Shown here one piece after another: positions 9,930 through 20,362 of a DNA stretch of 64,000 nucleotides. Location of the stretch: positions 2,202,662 through 2,266,661 of the forward strand of contig OY759724.1 of assembly GCA_963662715.1 (NCBI GenBank). Reading direction: 5' to 3'. Numbering within the stretch: the stretch's first letter is position 1; every line of letters starts with the position of its first letter. The notes under the pieces are model-generated. The model ran no database searches. It saw only the letters and a program-made list of their open reading frames with translations, and had not been told where the DNA came from. This DNA is from Candidatus Omnitrophota bacterium. GTDB lineage: Bacteria; Omnitrophota; Gorgyraeia; Zapsychrales; JANLHA01. The translations under genes were made by a program, and so were the position numbers.

Positions 9930-11483
9930 ATGGGAAAACGAGATAAGGTTTTAATTTTTGATACGACACTACGGGACGGAGAGCAGGCCCCGGGTGCGAG
10001 TATGAACAGCGATGAGAAAATGGAAGTCGCTTATCAGCTCGAAAAACTGGGGGTCGATATCATCGAGGCGGGTTTTCCGGTGATATCCCCGGGAGATTTT
10101 GACTCGGTTAAAATGGTTGCCAAAAAGATTAAGCGGGCCAAGGTTTGCGGTCTGGCTCGCTCTATCAAAAAAGATATTGATGCGGCTTATGATGCGGTAA
10201 AAATTGCCAAAGATGGCCGGATCCATGTGTTTTTAGCCACATCAAAGATTCATATGGAGTATAAACTGAAAAAGAACAAAGAAGAAATTGTCCAGATGGC
10301 CGTTGATGCTGTTAGGTATGCCAAGAAAAAGATTGCGGATATTGAATTTTCTCCGGAAGATGCCTCAAGAACCGAAAGAGAGTTTCTGTTCCGTATTTTA
10401 GAAGAGGTGATTAAAGCTGGGGCCAGAACAGTGAATATCCCGGACACAGTCGGCTATAGCATGCCGGCAGAATATGGACAGCTGATAGCGGATATCAAAA
10501 ATAACGTCCCGAATATTCACAAGGCCATTATATCTGTTCATTGTCATGATGACTTGGGGCTTGGAGTCGCTAATTCCTTAATGGCCGTAAAAAACGGAGC
10601 CCGTCAGGTGGAATGCACGGTTAACGGGATTGGAGAGCGGGCCGGGAATGCTTCCATGGAAGAGATCGTTATGGCGATTAAAACCCGGGCGGATTTTTAC
10701 CAATGCTCAACGAATATTAACACCACAGAGATTTGTAAAGCCTCCCGTTTGGTTTCCCGTTTTACCGGTTTTGTCGTCCCCCCCAACAAGGCCATTGTGG
10801 GGAATAATGCCTTCCGGCATGAGGCAGGGATTCATCAGGACGGCGTTCTGAAGGAGCGGTCAACCTATGAAATCATGAGCCCGGATGATGTCGGCTTTGT
10901 GGGGACCGGTCTGGTTCTGGGGAAGCATTCGGGCCGGCATGCCTTTAAGGTGCGTTTGAAATCTTTGGGCATTGATTTGAAAGAAGAACAGGTGGACGCC
11001 GCTTTTGAAAGATTTAAGATCCTGGCTGATAAGAAGAAGCAGGTTTTTGACGAGGACTTAATAGCGATTGTCGAAGATGAGATCAAGGTTTCTAAGCGGA
11101 TTTGGCTTTTGGATGATCTTACAACGACCAGTGGGGCTAAGATCATTCCGGAAGTAAAGATTGTGTTGAAAAGCAAAAACCGAAAATATACCAAGATATC
11201 TTCCGGGGACGGCCCGGTCGATGCCTGTTATAAAGCCATCGACGCGATCACGAAGATCAAGGGAAAACTCCTGGATTATTCGATCCAGTCGGTCACGCAG
11301 GGCAAGGATGCCTTAGGGGAAGTGACTATTAGAGTGAAAATCAATGACAAAGTCGTTATGGCCCGGGGAACGAGTACGGATATTATCGTTGCTTCGGCGA
11401 AAGCCTATATTGACGCTGTTAATAAAGTGCTCACACAAGGGGAACAATATAACCTTAAGGACAGCAAACGGGCTAATGTTTGA
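9930..11483 (+). CDS. leuA: 2-isopropylmalate synthase (LeuA/CimA family with C-terminal regulatory domain)
   Basis: LIFDTTLRDGEQAPGASM and the HxH metal site VHCHDDLGLGVANSL. 517 aa including a LeuA-dimer regulatory domain. Citramalate synthase cannot be excluded. Confidence 0.85.
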   Translation: MGKRDKVLIFDTTLRDGEQAPGASMNSDEKMEVAYQLEKLGVDIIEAGFPVISPGDFDSVKMVAKKIKRAKVCGLARSIKKDIDAAYDAVKIAKDGRIHVFLATSKIHMEYKLKKNKEEIVQMAVDAVRYAKKKIADIEFSPEDASRTEREFLFRILEEVIKAGARTVNIPDTVGYSMPAEYGQLIADIKNNVPNIHKAIISVHCHDDLGLGVANSLMAVKNGARQVECTVNGIGERAGNASMEEIVMAIKTRADFYQCSTNINTTEICKASRLVSRFTGFVVPPNKAIVGNNAFRHEAGIHQDGVLKERSTYEIMSPDDVGFVGTGLVLGKHSGRHAFKVRLKSLGIDLKEEQVDAAFERFKILADKKKQVFDEDLIAIVEDEIKVSKRIWLLDDLTTTSGAKIIPEVKIVLKSKNRKYTKISSGDGPVDACYKAIDAITKIKGKLLDYSIQSVTQGKDALGEVTIRVKINDKVVMARGTSTDIIVASAKAYIDAVNKVLTQGEQYNLKDSKRANV

Positions 11484-11556
11484 CCGGGGACGGCATGACG
11501 GGTTAGTATTTTATCCCCTATTATCTCCATTTTATTAGACCTTCAGTGTTTTCATA

Positions 11557-12426
11557 ATGAATCAGGAAAAATCAACATATGGCTTGATCGGTTATCCGGT
11601 CAAACATTCCTTGTCTCCGCTTATGCACAATGCTGCTTTTAGAGAATTGGGCGTTGAGGCGGCCTACGAGCTTTTTCCTCTTTCCGAGGATCAGCTGGAT
11701 GATTTCTTCGAAAAATTAAAACGTCCGGACAGTCCGATTTTTGGCTTAAATGTTACGGTCCCTTATAAGGAAAAAGTTCTTAGATACATTGATTGCCTCT
11801 CTCCTTTTGCCGACAAAGTCAGGGCCGTGAACACGGTTGTCATCTCTCCCGACAGAAAACTGACCGGACATAATACGGACGGCCCGGGGTTTTTGACGCA
11901 TCTTACGGAAATCGGCTTTGATCCCAAGGGCAAAAGGATATCCCTTCTGGGGGCGGGCGGAGCTGCCAGGGCTATAGTCAGTGTCTTGTGTCTCATCCCG
12001 GAACGCCCGGAATCGATCAGGATTTATGATGTCGATCAGGAGAAAGCCGTAAACCTCGTCGCGGATTTGGGGACGCGGTTCGATACGAGTCTTGTCCGTG
12101 TTGTTCATTGCCTTGATGACCTTAACCTGGAAATTGTTGATTTGCTGATTAATGCTACTCCGATCGGGATGAAAAAGGATGATCCGTGCCTGGTTGAGGG
12201 CTTCCAGATTCCCCAGTCAGCGTTTGTTTATGATCTCGTATATAACCCTGCGGAAACACGTTTGCTGAAATGGGCGCAGGCTCAAGGGGCACGGACAGCC
12301 AATGGTCTGGGCATGTTGTTCTACCAGGGAGTGCTGGCTTTTCAACATTGGGCTGATATCCAATTGGAAAAAGCCGTTAAAGATATAATGTGGGCGAATT
12401 TACAGACAGGACTCAAACATGATTGA
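11557..12426 (+). CDS. aroE: Shikimate dehydrogenase
   Basis: YGLIGYPVKHSLSPLMHNAAF and the GAGGAARA NADP-binding motif. Confidence 0.9.
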   Translation: MNQEKSTYGLIGYPVKHSLSPLMHNAAFRELGVEAAYELFPLSEDQLDDFFEKLKRPDSPIFGLNVTVPYKEKVLRYIDCLSPFADKVRAVNTVVISPDRKLTGHNTDGPGFLTHLTEIGFDPKGKRISLLGAGGAARAIVSVLCLIPERPESIRIYDVDQEKAVNLVADLGTRFDTSLVRVVHCLDDLNLEIVDLLINATPIGMKKDDPCLVEGFQIPQSAFVYDLVYNPAETRLLKWAQAQGARTANGLGMLFYQGVLAFQHWADIQLEKAVKDIMWANLQTGLKHD

Positions 12427-13240
12427 ATTAGCCGTTTTCTTAAGTTTTATTTTTTTTATAGGAGCTATTGTGGGCAGTTTCTTGAATGTTTGTATTGTCA
12501 GGCTCCCGTATGAACAATCTGTCGTTAAGCCAAGGTCACATTGTGTGCATTGCCAAAAAACAATTCCCTGGTATGATAATATCCCTTTCTTAAGTTATAT
12601 CATCCTGGGCGGCCGCTGCCGCTTCTGTAAAGAGCGTATTTCCTTCCGGTATTTTATGGTTGAGTTTCTTACAGCCGGTACTTTTGTGTTTTTTTTCATT
12701 ATATTTGGTTTGACGCCTATTTACCTGGCTTACATGGTCATGGTCAGCTGTTTTATTGTCGCGATATTTGTTGATTTCGAACACAGGATCATTCCTGACG
12801 AAGTGAGTGTCGGGGGTATGTTCGCGGGGCTCATCTTCAGCCTTTTTATCCCGGAACTGCATGGTTATCATACGGGAGGCGGAGCCGGCCTCTGGCCTTA
12901 TGCCAAATCCCTGGGACAATCTTTATTAGGTGTCTTGATTGGCGGGGGATCGATTTATGGTATGGGGCTTTTGGGGGATTTTATTTTTAAGAAAGAATCC
13001 ATGGGAGGCGGAGATGTTAAGCTGTTAGCCATGATCGGGGCATTCCTGGGTTGGAAGCTGGCCTTGTTGACGTTTTTTATCGCGCCGTTCTTCGGTGCTG
13101 TTTATGGTGTTATTGAGAAAATCAGGACGAAAGACAGCGCAATTGCTTATGGCCCTTTTTTGGTTTTAGGGGCCCTCATAAGTTTGTTTTATGGAGACTG
13201 GATTATAGAATGGATTAAAGGAGGATACGGTTTATATTGA
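12419..13240 (+). CDS. pilD: Type IV prepilin leader peptidase / N-methyltransferase (A24 family)
   Basis: Cys-rich CxxC...CxxC cytoplasmic loop (CVHCQKT...GGRCRFCKERI) and a polytopic membrane body. Confidence 0.8.
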   Translation: MIELAVFLSFIFFIGAIVGSFLNVCIVRLPYEQSVVKPRSHCVHCQKTIPWYDNIPFLSYIILGGRCRFCKERISFRYFMVEFLTAGTFVFFFIIFGLTPIYLAYMVMVSCFIVAIFVDFEHRIIPDEVSVGGMFAGLIFSLFIPELHGYHTGGGAGLWPYAKSLGQSLLGVLIGGGSIYGMGLLGDFIFKKESMGGGDVKLLAMIGAFLGWKLALLTFFIAPFFGAVYGVIEKIRTKDSAIAYGPFLVLGALISLFYGDWIIEWIKGGYGLY

Positions 13241-13271
13241 TTTATTAGATGTCTTGAAAGCTCCTCATATT

Positions 13272-13304
13272 AAAACCCAACCCCTCAGGTTGGGTTTTAT
13301 ATTA
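13272..13304. terminator. Intrinsic terminator after pilD
   Basis: Hairpin AACCCAACC-cctca-GGTTGGGTT followed by TTTTATATT. Confidence 0.6.
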
Positions 13305-13341
13305 ATATTAGTATTAATGAGTTTGACACCCTATAGGGGTT

Positions 13342-13872
13342 ATGTTAAAATCCCCCATGAAAAATAATATTGTGCTTGTCGGTTTTATGGGAGCCGGGAA
13401 AAGCACAGTTTCTAAAAAATTAGCTGAAAGGTTGTCCCGGGAAGTGATTTCTTCGGATAAGCTGATCGTAGAACGCGAAGGGCGGCCGATAACTGAAATC
13501 TTTGCAGAATCCGGGGAACCTTATTTCCGTAAGGTAGAAAAACAGATTGTCCGTGAGCTTTCCCAGAGGGACAATGTTATTATTGATTGTGGCGGAGGGG
13601 TTGTCCTGGATCCCGAGAATTTGGCTCATCTCAAGCAGAAAGGGGTTGTCTTTTACCTTTCTGCAACAGGAGATTGTATTTATCTGCGGATCAAGGAACA
13701 GACAGACCGGCCTTTGCTGAATGTGGAGAATCCCAAAGAAAGGTTAGAGGAATTGCTGAGCAAACGGCAATCCTTTTATGAACAAGCTGATGTTATTGTT
13801 GATACGAATGACAATGATTGGGACCGGATTTGTGAAGAAATTGAAAGTATTATGAGAGATCAGAAGATGTGA
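13342..13872 (+). CDS. aroK: Shikimate kinase
   Basis: P-loop VLVGFMGAGKSTV and the shikimate-kinase body. 176 aa. Confidence 0.85.
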   Translation: MLKSPMKNNIVLVGFMGAGKSTVSKKLAERLSREVISSDKLIVEREGRPITEIFAESGEPYFRKVEKQIVRELSQRDNVIIDCGGGVVLDPENLAHLKQKGVVFYLSATGDCIYLRIKEQTDRPLLNVENPKERLEELLSKRQSFYEQADVIVDTNDNDWDRICEEIESIMRDQKM

Positions 13873-13928
13873 TGCCCCTTGGTCTGGTTGAATGTGAAGT
13901 GCCCCGTAAGGTGAGATGACCGATAGAA

Positions 13929-15050
13929 ATGACGGAAACGGATGCGTTACTTATTTTAAATGCCATTCCCGGATTAAAAAATGCGGAAATCATTCAATTG
14001 ATCCGGCTTTGTGGTTCAGCTCAGGACGTTTTGGCCGCAGATTCGGAACGCCTTGTCAAGCACACCGGATTGTCGTTGCGTCTTGCCCGAAAGATCACCA
14101 GGTTTGAGCAAAAGGCTTTCTTAGATGAGGAATATTTGCTCTGTGAACGTTTTGGGGTAAAAATCGTTTCTTGTTTTGATTCTGCTTTTCCCCGGTTATT
14201 ACGGCATATTCCTGATTGTCCTATCGTTCTTTATTATAAAGGAGACATCACGCTCGAGGACGACACGTGCGTAGCCATTGTCGGATCGCGGATATCGACG
14301 ATATACGGTCTTCACATAGCGGAAAGCCTTGCCGCACAGTTGGCGGAAGTCGGGCTGACGGTTGTGTCAGGTTTGGCGCGCGGCGTCGATTCTGCCGCGC
14401 ATCGAGGAAGTTTGAAAGCTAGCGGGCGGACTCTGGCTGTTCTAGGCTGCGGGTTGAGTCAAACTTATCCGCCGGAAAACAAAGATTTAATGGAAACAAT
14501 AGCCCTGCACGGGGCTGTGCTTTCCGAATTCCCGTTAAAAGCAGCTCCTTTGCGTTTCAATTTTCCGCGGCGAAACAGGATCATCAGCGGATTATCTTTG
14601 GGAATTGTTATTGTCGAGGCCCGGAGAAGGAGCGGGGCTTTGATTACCAGCCGTTTTGCTTTGGAGCAGGGGCGGGAAGTTTTTGCTGTGCCCGGGAGAA
14701 TCGATCAGCCAACCGCTTGGGGAACCAATCAGCTGATAAAACAAGGGGCCAGCGTGGTTTTGAGCGTTAAAGATATTTTGGCGGAGCTTAAACTTCCGTT
14801 GCGGGATTCTTTAGATAAAGGGACTGTTGCCGGTCATAAAACGCAAGGCAAAGAAAAGACCGGTGCTTGTATTCCGTTACCGCAGTCGCAGCAAATGATT
14901 TATGATATTTTGGGGCGTGAACCTTTACATATCGATGATTTGGCCGTCCGTTGTCAAAAGTCAATTCATGAGATGATGGGGCCGCTTTTACAGCTGGAAC
15001 TGCAAAGATTGGTCAAGAGGTGGCCAGGACAATTATTTTCAAAAATATAA
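13929..15050 (+). CDS. dprA: DNA processing protein DprA/Smf
   Basis: DprA Rossmann-like core (GSRISTIYGL...GLARGVDSAAHRG...GLSLGIVIVEA). The classic dprA-topA linkage follows. Confidence 0.85.
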   Translation: MTETDALLILNAIPGLKNAEIIQLIRLCGSAQDVLAADSERLVKHTGLSLRLARKITRFEQKAFLDEEYLLCERFGVKIVSCFDSAFPRLLRHIPDCPIVLYYKGDITLEDDTCVAIVGSRISTIYGLHIAESLAAQLAEVGLTVVSGLARGVDSAAHRGSLKASGRTLAVLGCGLSQTYPPENKDLMETIALHGAVLSEFPLKAAPLRFNFPRRNRIISGLSLGIVIVEARRRSGALITSRFALEQGREVFAVPGRIDQPTAWGTNQLIKQGASVVLSVKDILAELKLPLRDSLDKGTVAGHKTQGKEKTGACIPLPQSQQMIYDILGREPLHIDDLAVRCQKSIHEMMGPLLQLELQRLVKRWPGQLFSKI

Positions 15051-15069
15051 TTATTCTTAAGGATTTATA

Positions 15070-17040
15070 ATGGCAAAAGCAAAACCCTTAGTTATTGTCG
15101 AATCCCCGACTAAGATTAAGACCATCAGCCGGATTCTGGGTAATAGTTTTAAAGTGGTCTCTTCCATGGGGCATTTGATTGATTTGCCCAAATCTTCCCT
15201 GGGGGTGGATGTTGAAAATGACTTTACGCCCCGGTTTATCGTTTTGCGCAATAAACAGAAGATTTTGACGAAATTAAAAAAAGAGGCTGAGAAGAAAAAA
15301 GAAATCTATTTCGCCACCGACCCTGACAGAGAAGGAGAGGCCATCGGTTGGAATTTGATCCCCCACATAGGAGAAGGCAAAAAAGTTTTTCGTGTCACTT
15401 TTCAGGAAATAACGAAAGAAGCCGTTCTTAAGGCTTTCGAACATCCCAGACCTTTTGATAAAAATCTGATTAAAGCCCAGGTTGCCCGGAGAATTTTAGA
15501 CAGAATCGTAGGCTACAAGATCAGTCCTTTATTGTGGAAGAAAGTCGGGTCCCGTTTAAGTGCCGGCCGTGTTCAATCTGTGGCTCTTCGGTTGATTGTC
15601 GACAGGGAACGGGCGATTGCCCGGTTTATCCCTCAGGAATATTGGGAGATTGCCGTTGATCTGCAGAAGCCCGGACTCGAAACGTGCTTTACGGCTGCTC
15701 TTGAGAAGATTAACGGGGAGAAACCTGTCCTTAGAAATCAGGCGGAGACGGACGCGATTGTGCAGGAGGTGCGCGCTGAGACTTTTCTCGTGAGCCGGGT
15801 TGTGAAAAAGACGATACGGCGTAAATCTTCGCCGCCGTACATCACCAGTACATTGCAGCAGGACGCTTTTAATAAGCTGGGGTTCAGCGCCACGCGGACA
15901 ATGACTATTGCCCAGGAGCTTTACGAAGGTATTGAAGTGGGAGAGAGCGAGCCCACCGGTCTCATCACCTATATGAGAACGGATTCGGTCAATATATCTC
16001 AGGATGCCCTTGGTAAAGTGCGGGAATATATATCTTCGTCTTACGGAAAGGACTATTTGCCGGAGAAGCCGAATGCCTTTAAATCAAAGAAATCCGCGCA
16101 GGAAGCTCACGAGGCGATTCGGCCGTCCAGCGTGCAGCGGAAACCCGAAAGCATCAGGCAATATTTAAATGATGATCAATACAAGCTTTATGAGCTGATC
16201 TGGAAAAGATTCGTCTGTTCTCAGATGAATCCGGCCATTTATGAGAATAAAAAGATCGAGATCGAAGCCGGCCGTTTTCAGCTCGGGGCCTCGGGGTCGT
16301 CTCTCCTGTTTGACGGATATTTGCTGTTGCAGCAGGATTCCAAAGAAGAAGAGGCGAAAATGGATTTCACCCCCTATCAGAAAGGGGACCAGCTGCAGTG
16401 CCTTGATATTAAGCCGTCCCAGCATTTCACGAAACCCCCGCCCAGGTATTCGGATGCCACTTTGGTTAAATCGCTCGAGGAGGACGGGATCGGCCGTCCC
16501 AGCACCTATGCGTCGATCATCCAGACACTTGTTTTCCGCAACTACGTTAACCGGGAACGCGGATATTTCAGGGCCACGGAATTGGGCATGCAGATTTCGG
16601 ATTTGCTGGTTGAGTATTTCTCCCGGATTATGGATGTGAAATTTACGGCGGCTATGGAAGAGCGGCTGGACCAGGTCGAGGAGGGGACATTAGAGCATGT
16701 GAAATTGTTGCAGGATTTTTATGAGCCGTTTAAAAAAGAATTGAATTATGCGATGGACACCATCGAGAAGACGGAAAATTTTATTGATAAGCAATGTCCG
16801 GAATGCGGCCGGCAGATGGTGATTAAGTGGGGGCGCAGAGGAAAGTTTTTGAGCTGTTCCGGATTTCCGAAATGTAAGTATGCCCAGCCTTTTACGTCCG
16901 GGGTAAAATGCCCTGTGGAAGGATGTGAAGGCGAGCTTATTAAAAGAAGATCAAAGCGCGGTCAGACATTTTACGGATGCAGCAAATATCCTGAGTGTAC
17001 GTTTACGGACAGCAAGCTTCCTGAGGACACGGCTTCGTAA
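15070..17040 (+). CDS. topA: DNA topoisomerase I
   Basis: TOPRIM N-terminus (LVIVESPTKIKTI), catalytic-Tyr region, and C-terminal C4 zinc ribbons (CPECGRQMV..., CPVEGCEGEL...). Confidence 0.93.
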   Translation: MAKAKPLVIVESPTKIKTISRILGNSFKVVSSMGHLIDLPKSSLGVDVENDFTPRFIVLRNKQKILTKLKKEAEKKKEIYFATDPDREGEAIGWNLIPHIGEGKKVFRVTFQEITKEAVLKAFEHPRPFDKNLIKAQVARRILDRIVGYKISPLLWKKVGSRLSAGRVQSVALRLIVDRERAIARFIPQEYWEIAVDLQKPGLETCFTAALEKINGEKPVLRNQAETDAIVQEVRAETFLVSRVVKKTIRRKSSPPYITSTLQQDAFNKLGFSATRTMTIAQELYEGIEVGESEPTGLITYMRTDSVNISQDALGKVREYISSSYGKDYLPEKPNAFKSKKSAQEAHEAIRPSSVQRKPESIRQYLNDDQYKLYELIWKRFVCSQMNPAIYENKKIEIEAGRFQLGASGSSLLFDGYLLLQQDSKEEEAKMDFTPYQKGDQLQCLDIKPSQHFTKPPPRYSDATLVKSLEEDGIGRPSTYASIIQTLVFRNYVNRERGYFRATELGMQISDLLVEYFSRIMDVKFTAAMEERLDQVEEGTLEHVKLLQDFYEPFKKELNYAMDTIEKTENFIDKQCPECGRQMVIKWGRRGKFLSCSGFPKCKYAQPFTSGVKCPVEGCEGELIKRRSKRGQTFYGCSKYPECTFTDSKLPEDTAS

Positions 17041-17074
17041 AAAGCCTTTCGTTCTCCGGACTTGGGGGTTCTTT

Positions 17075-17935
17075 ATGAACCGCTATATTGATAAATTCAT
17101 ATCCTACCTCAATATTGAAAAGAATTATTCTTCTTACACCATCACAAACTACAGTCTTGATTTAAATGAATTTATGGTCTTCGTGGACAATAAGCCCGTC
17201 GAGCAGATTCAGTATTTGCACCTGAGGAAATTCCTGGCACATCTCAGGGCCAGGCATCTTAAGTCGAGAAGTATTGCCCGAAAACTTTCTTCCATAAGAA
17301 GTTTCTTCCGCTTTTTGCAGAAAGAGGGGCTGATAAAAGAAAACCCGGCAGTGCTTCTCGTTACGCCCAAACTGGAGAAGAGTCTGCCGAAATTTCTCTC
17401 AGAACAGGAGATGGCGGAGTTAATAGAGTCTCCTTCTTTTAACAACCTTTCGGACAAGAGGGATCGGGCTATATTGGAGACGCTTTACAGTTCCGGCTTG
17501 AGGGTTTCCGAGCTCGTCGGGTTAAATACCGGGGATGTGGACTTTATCAGCAGTATCCTGCGGGTCAGGGGGAAAGGAAAAAAGGAACGATTGGTCCCTG
17601 TCGGACAGAAAGCTCTTGATGCACTTAAGCTTTATCTTGATGCCAGAAAAAAAGAGACCCGTGCCGTATTTTTAAACAAAAACCATACCCGGCTTTCGTC
17701 CCGAAGTGTCCGTAATATTATTAACAAACATATTTTGATCACAAGTTTGAGAATGAAAGTTTCTCCGCATGTGTTGCGGCATTCTTTCGCCACTCATTTA
17801 CTCGAGCGGGGAGCTGATTTAAGATCAGTGCAGGAATTGCTGGGACATGTGAACCTTTCGACAACTCAGATCTATACTCACGTGACAACGGAAAGGCTGA
17901 AGAGCGTCTATGACAGGGCTCATCCCCGTGCGTAG
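17075..17935 (+). CDS. Tyrosine site-specific recombinase XerC/XerD
   Basis: N-terminal SAM-like domain (YLNIEKNYSSYTITNYSLDL) and catalytic R...HxxR...Y (RHSFATHLLERGADLRSVQELLGH...IYTH). Start taken at ATG 17075, not the track's 16925 which overlaps topA. Confidence 0.85.
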   Translation: MNRYIDKFISYLNIEKNYSSYTITNYSLDLNEFMVFVDNKPVEQIQYLHLRKFLAHLRARHLKSRSIARKLSSIRSFFRFLQKEGLIKENPAVLLVTPKLEKSLPKFLSEQEMAELIESPSFNNLSDKRDRAILETLYSSGLRVSELVGLNTGDVDFISSILRVRGKGKKERLVPVGQKALDALKLYLDARKKETRAVFLNKNHTRLSSRSVRNIINKHILITSLRMKVSPHVLRHSFATHLLERGADLRSVQELLGHVNLSTTQIYTHVTTERLKSVYDRAHPRA

Positions 17936-17972
17936 CGCAAAACCGTTCGTAACAAGCCGTTTGATATGCCCT

Positions 17973-19229
17973 ATGCCTTGGATTATTAATTTTCTTTTTT
18001 TTCTTGTTGCTGTTTTTTATGTGCCGTTATTATTTTTTAAAGGCCGGTGGAGAAGTGCGGTTTTATCCCGCTTGAGACCTGTCCCTGAGGATATTAAAAA
18101 ATTTTGCTCCGAAAATAAGATCATTTGGATTCATGCCGTCAGCGTCGGGGAAGTTCAGGCGGTTATCCGTTTTGTCGGGCTGTTGAAAGTCCGGTTTCCC
18201 GGTTATAAAGTTGTCCTGACGACGGTCACAGGTACAGGGTATCAATTGGCCCTTTCAAAAGTGGGGGCGGAAAGTCCGGTCCTTTATGCGCCTTTAGATT
18301 TCAGCTGGGTTGTCCAGAATTATATCCAAGCGTTTCAGCCGCGGGTTTATATTACGACTGAAACCGAGATCTGGCCGAATCTGTTCCTGGCGCTGACCAG
18401 GCGGCAAGTGCCTGTTATTTTATTTAATGGCCGTATTTCTGCGCGATCCTTTTCCAGATACCGCCGGGTCAAATTTTTCCTTCGTTTGATCCTTAAAAAA
18501 GTTTCTTTATGTTGTATGCAGACGGAAAAGGATGCCTTGAGAATCCGCGCTCTAGGGGTGCCCCGGGAAAGAATTCATGTCCTGGGGAGTGTTAAGTTTG
18601 ACGATGCGTCCGCGAAACAGGGATATGACCGTGCGGAATACGGATATGCGGAAGATGATTTTATCCTTGTCGCCGGAAGCACGCACCCGGGGGAAGAAGG
18701 GGTCCTGCTGTCGACGTTTCAGAGACTGCAGAAAGAATTCCCCCGCCTGCATCTCATTTTAGCGCCCCGGCATATCGAACGGACTTCGGAGGTCATGGCT
18801 TTGATTGAAAATTCCGGTTATGTCGCTGTCCCCTGGACTAGGATAAAAACTGTTCCCATGCAGCCTCAGGTCGTTGTCGCGGTGGATACGATTGGCCACT
18901 TGCAGAAACTGTATTCTTTGGCCACAATCGTTTTTGTGGGAAAGAGCCTTTTGGGTAAAGGGGGGCAGAATATCATTGAGCCGGCTGTCTTTGGGAAACC
19001 CATTCTGGTCGGGCCTTATACGGAAAATTTTCAGCGTATCGTTGAAATTTTTAAGGATCAAAAAGCCGTTATTCAGGTTGATCACCCAAGATCTTTAGAG
19101 CAGAACATGAGGGCCCTGTTGTCTGATAAGGCTTTAAGAAATGAATTGGGGCGCAATGCCAAGAATGTCATCCGGAACCACCAAGGAGCCACCGAAAACT
19201 CCCTTAACCTGATATCGCCTTTCCTTTAG
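17973..19229 (+). CDS. waaA: 3-deoxy-D-manno-octulosonic acid (Kdo) transferase
   Basis: IWIHAVSVGEVQAVIRFV N-terminal signature and GT30 family body. Alternative start 17910. Confidence 0.85.
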   Translation: MPWIINFLFFLVAVFYVPLLFFKGRWRSAVLSRLRPVPEDIKKFCSENKIIWIHAVSVGEVQAVIRFVGLLKVRFPGYKVVLTTVTGTGYQLALSKVGAESPVLYAPLDFSWVVQNYIQAFQPRVYITTETEIWPNLFLALTRRQVPVILFNGRISARSFSRYRRVKFFLRLILKKVSLCCMQTEKDALRIRALGVPRERIHVLGSVKFDDASAKQGYDRAEYGYAEDDFILVAGSTHPGEEGVLLSTFQRLQKEFPRLHLILAPRHIERTSEVMALIENSGYVAVPWTRIKTVPMQPQVVVAVDTIGHLQKLYSLATIVFVGKSLLGKGGQNIIEPAVFGKPILVGPYTENFQRIVEIFKDQKAVIQVDHPRSLEQNMRALLSDKALRNELGRNAKNVIRNHQGATENSLNLISPFL

Positions 19230-19282
19230 AAATAATATAATTATTGAAACAAATATTATAAAACTATAGTAAAATACACAAG

Positions 19283-20362
19283 ATGTCGTTACGTCATTAT
19301 TATTATTTAATCGTAACAGATCAGGAAGCAGGCCTTTATGCTTTTGTTGTGAAAATATTTTTGCGTCTGGCATCCTTCTTATACGTGTTTTTTGTCCGGA
19401 TGATACTGGGCGCGTATGCTGTCAAACTGCTGCCGGTCCATGATTTGGAGAAGCCGGTTCTCAGTGTCGGAAATATCACCTGGGGTGGAGTCGGTAAAAC
19501 GCCGTTTGTGGAGTGGCTCACAGAATACTTTTTAAGCCGGAACCTTAAACCCGCTATTTTAACGCGGGGGTATATGCCGCAGCGGCGGAGATGGCAGGGC
19601 TGTCCCCCGGAAAGCGATGAAGTGCTTATGCTTCGCAGGCGGTTCCCGCAAGTTCCTGTTGTCATTGGTAAAGATCGTGTGCGAGGCGCGAAAGCCGTTT
19701 TACGGCGAACTCCTGTGGGGATGTTCATCCTGGATGACGGATTCCAGCAATGGGGGATCAGAAAAAAATTGGATATTGTGCTCATAGACGCGACCAACCC
19801 GTTTGGCAACGGATTTTTGTTGCCGCGAGGTCCGCTTCGGGAGCCTTTGTCTTCTTTAAAGAGAGCGGATATTTTTGTTATAACAAAGGCTCACCTGGAA
19901 AGAGGCCGTCTGGATTCGCTGACCAAAAAACTCAACCGGGTCAATCCGCAAGCTCTTGTCGTTGAGAGTGTCCATCAGCCCCGATCCTTGGTTTCTTTGC
20001 TCAGTCAGAGAAAAATGGATTTTTCCCTTATCGCCGGCCAGAATGTCTGTTTGGTCAGCAGCATCGGAGATCCGGCCTCCTTTGAAAGAACGGTGCAGCA
20101 ACAGGGAGCCGTTGTTAAAGAAAGATTTTATTTTATGGACCATGAGTGTTTCCTGCCTTCGGATTTGCAGCGCATAACCGAGGCTTGTCAGCGTCAGGGG
20201 ATCAAACAGGTCATTATCACAGCTAAAGATGCGCCTAAACTGCATCCCGGAGAAGACCCGTTCTTTTCGGATTTGCAGATTCTCATATTAAACATGGTCA
20301 TTCAAATTACTCGAGGAAGAGAGGCCTTTGTTGATAGAGTCAACTCTGTATTACATTGTTAA
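19283..20362 (+). CDS. lpxK: Tetraacyldisaccharide 4'-kinase
   Basis: VGNITWGGVGKTPFVEWL P-loop characteristic of LpxK. Confidence 0.85.
   Translation: MSLRHYYYLIVTDQEAGLYAFVVKIFLRLASFLYVFFVRMILGAYAVKLLPVHDLEKPVLSVGNITWGGVGKTPFVEWLTEYFLSRNLKPAILTRGYMPQRRRWQGCPPESDEVLMLRRRFPQVPVVIGKDRVRGAKAVLRRTPVGMFILDDGFQQWGIRKKLDIVLIDATNPFGNGFLLPRGPLREPLSSLKRADIFVITKAHLERGRLDSLTKKLNRVNPQALVVESVHQPRSLVSLLSQRKMDFSLIAGQNVCLVSSIGDPASFERTVQQQGAVVKERFYFMDHECFLPSDLQRITEACQRQGIKQVIITAKDAPKLHPGEDPFFSDLQILILNMVIQITRGREAFVDRVNSVLHC

Noticed and set aside
13916-14107. 63-aa ORF overlapping the dprA start.
   Set aside because: It is an out-of-frame overlap with dprA and has no features.
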